A stretch of 32,000 nt of DNA from Candidatus Methanoperedens sp. (GCA_027460535.1 JAPZAR010000006.1:30001-62000), one strand, 5' to 3'. Positions 25,294 to 32,000 are shown, counted from the first letter of the stretch. A program made the numbers and translations. Notes: generated by a model not told the origin, from the letters alone.

Positions 25294-25763
25294 CACCTGT
25301 TATCTGCATCGTGGGAAAAAGTAAAAGCGCAAAGTCAATGTTGATGACAGGATTGATAAAGGAGCTGAAAAACCACGGCCTCAGGGTGGGCGCATTAAAA
25401 TACCATAAGCACGGCGATTTTGAAATGGATGTGGAAGGCAAGGATACATGGAAATACGCAAAAGCCGGAGCGGATACGGTGGCTATCGCATCACCCGTGA
25501 AGTTCGCTTTGATCAAGGCTGTCGAAGGTGAAATGAAAATTGATGAGATCTGCGACAAATATTTCACGGATAGCGATATCGTGCTTGCCGATGGGTTCAC
25601 ACATTCCGATAAGCCACGTATAATAGTTGCTGACGACATTGGGGATATCGAGATTTTCAAAAGGGAAAGTGAGGTGCTGGCGGTTGTGGGTATGGAGGGA
25701 TTGGGACTCAATGACATGGAGGCTATATCGGGTAAAGTCATGAGGTTTTTATTCAGGCTGTGA
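25290..25763 (+). CDS. mobB: Molybdopterin-guanine dinucleotide biosynthesis adapter protein MobB
   Basis: 157 aa. Contains ICIVGKSKSAKSML (a Walker A variant, GxxxxAKS), VGALKYHKHGDFEMDVEGKDTWKYAKAGA and VLADGF. The GTG start overlaps the fdhD TGA (GTGA at 25290-25293). Confidence 0.8.
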   Translation: MTPVICIVGKSKSAKSMLMTGLIKELKNHGLRVGALKYHKHGDFEMDVEGKDTWKYAKAGADTVAIASPVKFALIKAVEGEMKIDEICDKYFTDSDIVLADGFTHSDKPRIIVADDIGDIEIFKRESEVLAVVGMEGLGLNDMEAISGKVMRFLFRL

Positions 25764-25906
25764 TCTGAGAGAGCACGATACAAAGAAGATGCAGATAACC
25801 GAAAGGGCGTGGATTTAGTAATAATCATGTTTATATAGTATAAGATTTATAGAACTCGTGAGAGTTGATATTTCATGGGTCGAAAAACGGAATGAGGGCA
25901 TGATAA

Positions 25907-26188
25907 ATGGCATGGAATTCTCTAAATCTCGATGAGCTGTGTAAAAAATTAACCGGGGATGATCTATCTAAAGTGGCGGAGATACCCCTGAGCGGCGATG
26001 TAGAGGCGGATATAAGTGCTGTCCTCAAGAAGAAAATCCTTTCTACAGAGGGTGACATTGCAGACTACGCAAAATATCTCACCTTGAAATACAGCGATAA
26101 TAACAGATCGGTTGATAAAGAACTGGTCGAAAAGATCTTTGTCCGGATTATCCTATCGAAAATGAAGAAAGAGAATTATATGATGTAA
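25907..26188 (+). CDS. Hypothetical soluble protein (93 aa)
   Basis: ATG preceded by GAGGG about 9 nt upstream and by a TTTATATAG box about 70 nt upstream. No family recognised, so coding status is not secure. Confidence 0.35.
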   Translation: MAWNSLNLDELCKKLTGDDLSKVAEIPLSGDVEADISAVLKKKILSTEGDIADYAKYLTLKYSDNNRSVDKELVEKIFVRIILSKMKKENYMM

Positions 26189-26263
26189 GTCCTGCAATAA
26201 AATATAACTCTATCATGAAAATGGAATTCAGTACTTTTTGATTTGTTAAATTCCTCTGCGGAT

Positions 26264-26614
26264 TTACACCATCTCATTCTTCAGTAAAGCACTTAAAAAG
26301 TCTGCCGCTTCCTTCTCTATCACATAATATTTGTATTTGGATTGATTGTAAGAGGTAATAACACGATGCTTCTTCATAATAGAAAGGTGATGAGATATCA
26401 GATTCTGTTTCTCTCTTAGAATTGATACAATCTCACACACGCATAGATCTCCTTTGTTTAATAACATAGCGATCTTAAGCCTTAAAGGATGACTGAAAAC
26501 ATAAGAAAAACGGCAGATCTCCCTCGCTCTGCCTTTTGATATACTGTTTGATTCGTTTTCAAGCTTATCCATCCATTCTTTCTTGATATCCTTATCTTTC
26601 GGGCAGCATTTCAT
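26264..26614 (-). CDS. arsR: ArsR/SmtB-family metalloregulatory transcriptional repressor
   Basis: 116 aa. The winged-HTH core FSHPLRLKIAMLLNKGDLCVCEIVSILREKQNLISHHLSIMKKHRVI includes the ArsR-type CVC metal(loid) site. There is an additional N-terminal MKCCP. Confidence 0.85.
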   Translation of the reverse strand: MKCCPKDKDIKKEWMDKLENESNSISKGRAREICRFSYVFSHPLRLKIAMLLNKGDLCVCEIVSILREKQNLISHHLSIMKKHRVITSYNQSKYKYYVIEKEAADFLSALLKNEMV

Positions 26615-26637
26615 AGAATGTTGTATGGTTTGACATC

Positions 26638-26657
26638 ATATCAATTTTTCTTGATAT
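26638..26657. promoter_or_regulatory. Palindromic operator ATATCAA-TTTTTC-TTGATAT (candidate ArsR box, copy 1)
   Basis: Perfect 7-bp inverted repeat with a 6-nt spacer, 24-43 nt upstream of the arsR ATG. It is embedded in a 30-nt box that recurs at 30290-30319. Confidence 0.6.
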
Positions 26658-26874
26658 CCAAGTAACATACTTATAGTTCGAAATTTAATAAATATTTGCA
26701 TAATATTTATTCAGGATAGACTGAGGATTTACATAATCTTCGGTCAACTATCAAAACCTTTGTTTATCACAAACGATAGGTTTATGTTTAAATTCGTTCT
26801 GCAGAAATAGAGCAGTTTACCTCTAAGGAGCAAGCTTCTTATAATATAAATGTCTATTTTCATGGTGGTAGTAT

Positions 26875-28137
26875 ATGTTGAAAATCATTTTTTATGTGTT
26901 ACTTTTAATCGCACTCGTAGATAATGTTCAGGCACAAGAATCGGGCTATGAACTTCTGGGGAGTTACAAAACTGAAGGTTATGTTTTTGCCGTTTCAGTC
27001 TCTTCAAATGGCTCATTTATAGCTGCAAGTTCTCCAGGTAAGATTTATTCGTTCGACAGAGAAGGAAAACCTTTGTGGAACATCTATCCAAAGGATGGGT
27101 TGAAAGAAATGAAAGTCTGTTCAAATGGCGAATATATTGCACTGAGATCTGAAGGAGAAGTTTATCTTTTCAACAAGAATGGAAATCAGTTAAACTTTTT
27201 TTCCCCCGGTCACGATGTACACAATTTAGCAATATCCCCGGATTGTTCGTATGTCGTCGCAGCATCCATTACCCAAATTGCCGAAGGAGGAAGATACATT
27301 TTTATCTCTAAACAAGCTGGACCGCTTAGAATTGGTTTCAATATACCTGGTAGCATTAATACCCTATCAATCTCTTCCAACGGTTCATACATAGCAGCAG
27401 GGTATTCGACAGATAGAATAGTGTATTCCACGGGGTTAGAAGAGGATGAGATAGGCATCTTTAACAGGAGTGAAGATTTTTTTTATCCTTTTCGGAGTTT
27501 CCAGACCGATTCTGAAGTTCGAATTGTTTCAATTTCCTCAGACGGTTCATTTCTGTCAGCTGTGTCTGGAAACAATATATATTTCTACGATATCAATCTC
27601 GGAAAAATGTCGAAAAAAGATATGCTTGGAATTAATGCAATTTCAGTCTCTTCAAATGGCTCGTACGTAGCTGCTCTATCGGGAGATAACATTCACCTTT
27701 TTAACAGAAGCGGAACGCTTTTGTGGAGTTACAATACAAATTATTCAACTACTGATGTAATGGTTTCATCGGATAGTTCGCGAATAATAGCAGCGTCGGG
27801 AAGAGATATTTATATCTTCGATAATGGAGGGACACTTTTGTGGAGTTACAGGACGGATAAAGATGTTCTTAGCGTCTCGTTATCTCCAGATGGCTCCTAT
27901 GCGGCAGCGGGGTCAAAAGATCTGAAAGTATATTTCATTGGAGAAAAAGCTTCACAATCTATAACACCTGCAATTCAGACTACTTTGGCAACACCTGAAG
28001 TTCCAATAATCACAACATCAACACAGACTCCTGAAACTTTTCAAAATTATACCACTCCAAACAAATCAACTCCCTTCCCCTCTGTTCTCTCTGCTATAGT
28101 CATGCTGCTCGTGTTCTGGTGTTGGCAGCGCAGGTAA
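26875..28137 (+). CDS. Secreted, C-terminally anchored beta-propeller surface protein (about eight WD40/PQQ-like blades)
   Basis: 420 aa. Signal peptide ...LVDNVQA/QE. About eight repeats of the pattern (V/I)S(V/I)SSNGSY(I/V)AA...(I/V)Y(L/I)F...G..LW. A Thr/Pro-rich linker (TPEVPIITTSTQTPE...TTPNKS) is followed by TPFPSVLSAIVMLLVFWCWQRR, a TM helix with a basic end. Confidence 0.8.
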   Translation: MLKIIFYVLLLIALVDNVQAQESGYELLGSYKTEGYVFAVSVSSNGSFIAASSPGKIYSFDREGKPLWNIYPKDGLKEMKVCSNGEYIALRSEGEVYLFNKNGNQLNFFSPGHDVHNLAISPDCSYVVAASITQIAEGGRYIFISKQAGPLRIGFNIPGSINTLSISSNGSYIAAGYSTDRIVYSTGLEEDEIGIFNRSEDFFYPFRSFQTDSEVRIVSISSDGSFLSAVSGNNIYFYDINLGKMSKKDMLGINAISVSSNGSYVAALSGDNIHLFNRSGTLLWSYNTNYSTTDVMVSSDSSRIIAASGRDIYIFDNGGTLLWSYRTDKDVLSVSLSPDGSYAAAGSKDLKVYFIGEKASQSITPAIQTTLATPEVPIITTSTQTPETFQNYTTPNKSTPFPSVLSAIVMLLVFWCWQRR

Positions 28138-28605
28138 AACCGATTTTATGTGTAAATTTATATTTCGAATTACCCATTATTCTAAAAAGCACACCATCTG
28201 CTCTCTCTCGATTCAGCAACTCAAAGGGAGACGCCGATACTCAGCAGTATCTAACTCCATGCAGCTTGAGGTTAAATGTCGGTATCTTTAAGCTAATAGG
28301 CTTTATTTCAACAATATTATGGCTGTCCTGGTCTTAAAGAGTTCTCAGGGATGCTGGATGCGCGCACTACTCTGAAAGTCTTGGCGTGGTACTTGTACGT
28401 CTTGGAAGGCGTGAAGACCAATTTTTTTGCATGCGGAAAAGTTACTATCAGAGAGGTGAATGAAATAGAGGAAGGGAAGAAACTTGTCAATTCCATAGTT
28501 GCCATGGTAGATCAAAAGCAACTGCTTGGAGAAGAATGGAATAAATGAACAGGTTCATAAGTACGAAAACCAGATAACTATGTTTATGGGGAGGCTCAAA
28601 ATAAG

Positions 28606-29322
28606 ATGCCTTTGCTTGAGATCAAAGATATAACATACCGAGTAAAAGAAAGAGAAATATTTTCCGGGCTTTCTCTTGAAGTTGAATCTGGAGAAGTCCA
28701 CGCAATTCTCGGAAAAAATGGAACAGGCAAGAGCACTCTTGCCTATCTCATTATGGGATGTGAAGGTTATGTTCCAACTTCGGGAGAGATACTTTTTGGA
28801 GGGATGGTTATTAATGATCTTAAAATCCACGAAAGGGCAAAGCTCGGAATCACCCTGGCCTGGCAGGAGCCGGTAAGGCTTGAGGGTATTTCTGTCAGGG
28901 ATTACCTGACCCTGAAGAAAAAAGATATAAACCCATCCCATTATCTTGAAATGGTAGGACTTTCTCCAGAACTCTGCATTGCCAGGATGATGGATAAATC
29001 ACTAAGCGGCGGTGAAAGAAAAAGGATCGAACTTGCATCCATTGTCGCACTGGAGCCGAAACTGGCTATCCTTGATGAACCCGACTCTGGTATAGATATG
29101 CTCTCTATACAGGATATCATAAATGTTATCAATGTATTAAAGAAAAATGGGGCTTCTGTGCTTTTAATTACTCACAGGGAGGAAATTGGGAAGATCGCGG
29201 ACAGGGCATCCCAGATCTGCGATGGTAAAATAGTATGCTCTGGTGATCCAGAGAAGGTTGCTGAATATTATAAATCAAGGAAATGCGAGATATGCAGCAG
29301 CGAGGAATGTGTATATGTCTGA
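28606..29322 (+). CDS. sufC: Fe-S cluster assembly ATPase SufC-like (ABC ATPase)
   Basis: 238 aa. Walker A GKNGTGKST, signature LSGGERKRIELA, Walker B ILDEPDSGID, H-loop LLITHR. GGGGAGG SD. It is paired with a SufB/D gene. Confidence 0.85.
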   Translation: MPLLEIKDITYRVKEREIFSGLSLEVESGEVHAILGKNGTGKSTLAYLIMGCEGYVPTSGEILFGGMVINDLKIHERAKLGITLAWQEPVRLEGISVRDYLTLKKKDINPSHYLEMVGLSPELCIARMMDKSLSGGERKRIELASIVALEPKLAILDEPDSGIDMLSIQDIINVINVLKKNGASVLLITHREEIGKIADRASQICDGKIVCSGDPEKVAEYYKSRKCEICSSEECVYV

Positions 29323-30250
29323 ACTTGATGAATTGATGAAAGTATTTGGAGAGTCTGGCGGGGATAAAAGCATTCTTGGTATGGGTGATATAGCTCACCT
29401 TGTTGCAAGCGGTCATAAGATATTAAGCATGAAGGCAGTTGATGGAATAGAGGTAAAGGCAGAAGAGACTGCCACTGGAATTGCTGCAAACGTCAGGGTT
29501 CTTGAGGGAAGAATCATAAAACATCCTGTACACCTTTGCTTTGGCGTAATGCACAAAAAGGGAATACAGGAAATAAAGATGAATGTCCAGCTTGAAAAAG
29601 ACTCTTCAGCACGTTTTATTGCACATTGTATATTCCCGAAGGCGGAGAACGTGAGGCATATCATGGATGCAGTTGTTGAAATAGGTGAAAATGCCGAGAT
29701 GAGATATTCGGAGGTTCATTATCATGGACCTTACGGGGGAATAGAAGTAATCCCGAAGGCGGTTGTAAAGGTTGGCAAAAACGGCAGGTACTTTACTGAT
29801 TTTTCATTGATCACTGGAAGGGTTGGAAAACTCGGGATAGATTATACGATCGAGGTAGGTGAAAATGCTGTAACGGAATTGATAGCAAGGGTATTCGGTC
29901 ATGGCGATGATAAGATCAATATAAAAGAAAAGGTCGTGCTCGATGGCGAAAATTCAAGAGGTCTCATAAAAACAAGGGTCGCTCTTGAGGATAGGGCGGA
30001 AGCGGAGGTAACCGGTATCACCGAAGGCAACGCTGCGGGTGCAAGAGGTCATGTAGACTGCATGGAGATCGTAAAGGACAGTGCTGTTGCTAAAGCCATT
30101 CCTATTGTGAATGTTACGCATCCCCTTGCGAAAGTAACCCATGAAGCTGCTATCGGAAGCGTGGATAAAAGGCAACTTGAAACCCTGATGGCACACGGGC
30201 TCACTCCAGAAGAGGCTGTGGACGTGATCGTAAAAGGGATATTGAAATAA
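29315..30250 (+). CDS. sufB: Fe-S cluster assembly scaffold SufB/SufD-family protein (short archaeal form)
   Basis: 311 aa from the ATG at 29315 (MSELDELMKVF), overlapping sufC by 8 nt. Beta-helix repeats and the C-terminal THEAAIGSVDKRQLETLMAHGLTPEEA are typical of SufB/D. The ORF-track start at 29243 lies inside sufC. Confidence 0.85.
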   Translation: MSELDELMKVFGESGGDKSILGMGDIAHLVASGHKILSMKAVDGIEVKAEETATGIAANVRVLEGRIIKHPVHLCFGVMHKKGIQEIKMNVQLEKDSSARFIAHCIFPKAENVRHIMDAVVEIGENAEMRYSEVHYHGPYGGIEVIPKAVVKVGKNGRYFTDFSLITGRVGKLGIDYTIEVGENAVTELIARVFGHGDDKINIKEKVVLDGENSRGLIKTRVALEDRAEAEVTGITEGNAAGARGHVDCMEIVKDSAVAKAIPIVNVTHPLAKVTHEAAIGSVDKRQLETLMAHGLTPEEAVDVIVKGILK

Positions 30251-30292
30251 AATATCACATAGGCCTATAGGAGACCTGAGTATGCGATTATC

Positions 30293-30312
30293 ATATCAAA
30301 TTTTCTTGATAT
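30293..30312. promoter_or_regulatory. Palindromic operator ATATCAA-ATTTTC-TTGATAT (candidate ArsR box, copy 2)
   Basis: Same 7-bp inverted repeat and spacer length as copy 1. It sits about 12 nt upstream of a TTTATTTTATAAA TATA-like tract (30325-30337) and 86 nt upstream of the acr3 start. Confidence 0.6.
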
Positions 30313-30397
30313 TCAAGTATAATGTTTATTTTATAAACGTCTGTTTAGATTTAGCAGATATCAGTTGTATGAAAACACATAAGGAGAGAGGCGATAC

Positions 30398-31498
30398 TTG
30401 AAAGAAATAACCGGTCGTTCCGGGGGAACAGGTAAAGGAAGTCTCAGTATAATAAGTAAGTTCCTGACCCTCTGGATCCTTCTCGCCATGGCAGCTGGCA
30501 TAATTATTGGAGCAGTATATCCGCAGATAGCCAGGATATTGGATGCACATCGTATCGAGCAGGTCTCCCTGCCCATTGCGATAGGTCTTATATGGATGAT
30601 GTATCCTCCTCTGGCTGGCGTGAAATACGAGGAACTCTCCAAAATGAAGAGGCAGGGAAAAGCCCTGAGCGCATCTATCATCCAGAACTGGATCATTGGT
30701 CCCGTGCTGATGTTCTCCCTGGCATGGATCTTCCTCCCCGACCTCCCGGAGTACCGAATTGGCCTCATTTTGATCGGTCTCGCCCGCTGCATCGCCATGG
30801 TTCTTGTCTGGAACCAGCTCGCAGGAGGGGACAACGACCTGTGCGCTGTCCTTGTTGCCATGAATTCTCTTTTCCAGGTAGCATTATATTCCGTGCTTGC
30901 CTACGCATTTATCACAGTATTTTCCACATGGATAGGCGGCGCAGGAGCGGGAGCAATAGTCGATATATCGATCATGCAGGTCTCCAGGGCGGTTTTCATC
31001 TATCTTGGCATCCCTTTTATCGCGGGTATAATAACAAGGGCTGTTCTGATGAAAATCAAAGGAAAGGAATGGTACGATAATGTATTTATGGAAAAGCTTG
31101 GCCCGACTGCACTTATAGGGCTTCTCTTTACCATCATAGTAATGTTCTCCCTGAAGGGAGAGTACATAGTAGCCCTTCCATGGCATGTCTTCAGGATAGC
31201 AATCCCGCTCCTTGCATATTTTTCGATAATGTTCGGGCTTTCATTTTTCATGTCGCAGAAAATGGGCTTCTCCTATGAAGACTCCACGACTCTTGCTTTC
31301 ACCGCGGCAAGCAATAATTTCGAACTTGCCATTGCAGTTGCCATTGCGGTATTCGGGATAGGCTCCGGCGAGGCTTTCGCGGCCGTTGTCGGGCCGCTTA
31401 TCGAGGTTCCTGTGATGCTCGGGCTTGTCCATGTCGCCTGGATGGCGAGGGCGAAATGGTTTGACAAAAACGGTTTGCCACTATCAGTTAAGAGATAA
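30398..31498 (+). CDS. acr3: ACR3-family arsenite efflux permease
   Basis: 366 aa. Contains FLTLWILLAMAAGIIIG, MMYPPLAGVKYEEL and the ACR3 signature LIGLARCIAMVLVWNQLAGGD. TTG start preceded by an AAGGAGAGAGG SD. Confidence 0.9.
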   Translation: MKEITGRSGGTGKGSLSIISKFLTLWILLAMAAGIIIGAVYPQIARILDAHRIEQVSLPIAIGLIWMMYPPLAGVKYEELSKMKRQGKALSASIIQNWIIGPVLMFSLAWIFLPDLPEYRIGLILIGLARCIAMVLVWNQLAGGDNDLCAVLVAMNSLFQVALYSVLAYAFITVFSTWIGGAGAGAIVDISIMQVSRAVFIYLGIPFIAGIITRAVLMKIKGKEWYDNVFMEKLGPTALIGLLFTIIVMFSLKGEYIVALPWHVFRIAIPLLAYFSIMFGLSFFMSQKMGFSYEDSTTLAFTAASNNFELAIAVAIAVFGIGSGEAFAAVVGPLIEVPVMLGLVHVAWMARAKWFDKNGLPLSVKR

Positions 31499-31513
31499 AA
31501 GGAGGAATTTCAA

Positions 31514-31810
31514 ATGTCATGGTTCAACGAGAACACACCTGAGGTTGCGAAAGCGTTCTCTGAATTGAGAAATGCCGTCTATAAGGAAGGCGCCCTTGAC
31601 CAGCGCACAAAAGAACTCATCTCCGTGGCTGCGTCTGCACTCATGAGATGCGAGCGCTGTACCGAGATACACGCCGAGCGCGCAAAGAAACATGGTGCTA
31701 CCAACGAACAGATAGCTGAGGCAGTGGCATGTGCCATGTTCGTGGCTGCGGGTTCGCAACTGTCATGGAGCGAGGTGTATAGCAGAATAATGGAAGAAAA
31801 GCAGGAATAA
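31514..31810 (+). CDS. AhpD-like / carboxymuconolactone decarboxylase-family CxxC protein
   Basis: 98 aa. TKELISVAASALMRCERCTEIHAERA fits the AhpD-core E-x11-CxxC-x3-H motif. AAAGGAGGA SD. It starts 15 nt after acr3. Confidence 0.75.
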   Translation: MSWFNENTPEVAKAFSELRNAVYKEGALDQRTKELISVAASALMRCERCTEIHAERAKKHGATNEQIAEAVACAMFVAAGSQLSWSEVYSRIMEEKQE

Positions 31811-31891
31811 ATGGGATTACGAAAAAGCCTATCAAATCAGAAATATTAAAGACCTATCGAGGACATCTATCTACTAAGGGAGGAGAGTTCA

Positions 31892-32000
31892 ATGATAGAT
31901 AACACACCGGAAGAGATCATAGAAATGGCAGAAAGCCTTATGAAGGATATTTCGGATTCAAAAGATAATCTTGACATTACGTCGACGGCAAGTTTTGTGG
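31892..32000 (+). CDS. 5' end of an unidentified CDS (truncated by the window edge)
   Basis: ATG at 31892 preceded by an AAGGGAGGAGAG SD. Open to the window end (MIDNTPEEIIEMAESLMKDISDSKDNLDITSTASF...). No family recognisable from 36 aa. Confidence 0.3.
   Translation, partial: MIDNTPEEIIEMAESLMKDISDSKDNLDITSTASFV

Noticed and set aside
26940-27900. Periodic repeats that might be mistaken for a DNA repeat array or CRISPR
   Set aside because: The periodicity is at the protein level (beta-propeller blades of about 40 aa) with divergent nucleotide sequence. There are no identical direct repeats separated by unique spacers anywhere in the window.
28300-28430. Possible C/D-box sRNA in the 28138-28605 gap (CTGA at about 28371, GTGAAGA at about 28411)
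   Set aside because: There is no RUGAUGA C box at the required distance and no C'/D' pair with 12-nt guide spacing. Only isolated CUGA tetramers are present, and these are expected by chance.
30282-30401. 38-codon upstream ORF whose TGA overlaps the acr3 TTG start (cTTGAaa)
   Set aside because: It spans the operator and the TATA-like tract, so it would not be on an acr3 transcript started at that promoter. Its composition is AT-driven (MRLSYQIFLIFKYNVYFINV...). There is no independent support. It is worth re-examining only if sufCB-acr3 read-through transcripts exist.

Overview
Archaeal chromosomal window, densely coding on both strands (about 38 supportable CDS). I found no rRNA, tRNA, CRISPR array, transposase or integrase. 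The gene content points to a Methanosarcinales-type euryarchaeon. Markers are chromatin protein MC1, membrane heterodisulfide reductase HdrED, a thermosome, r-proteins L39e/L31e with aIF6, a bacterial-type grpE-dnaK-dnaJ locus, minimal SufCB and an NfnAB-like pair. Most of the window is housekeeping: chaperones, translation, energy and sulfur metabolism, and molybdopterin cofactor maturation. The items that deserve a second look are listed here. (1) An AT-rich three-gene minus-strand module at 147-2738: a 2-TM protein, a P-loop-less KaiC/RecA-like protein interrupted by a V4R ligand-binding domain, and a CPBP/Abi intramembrane protease. This is the best candidate for an undescribed system. (2) A roughly 30-nt box with a perfect ATATCAA-N6-TTGATAT palindrome, present in front of arsR and again 3.65 kb away in front of acr3. 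The two copies bracket a surface beta-propeller protein and sufCB. (3) A catalytically intact RadC/JAB protein packed into a mobA-fdhD-mobB operon. (4) An archaeal radical SAM/SPASM enzyme preceded by a small membrane protein. (5) A GTGAAA(A)T repeat cluster abutting the thermosome TATA box. (6) A 52-aa ORF with a good Shine-Dalgarno that is absent from the ORF track. Several genes use TTG/GTG starts or overlapping start/stop codons. All functional calls come from motif and family recognition by eye; no searches were run.
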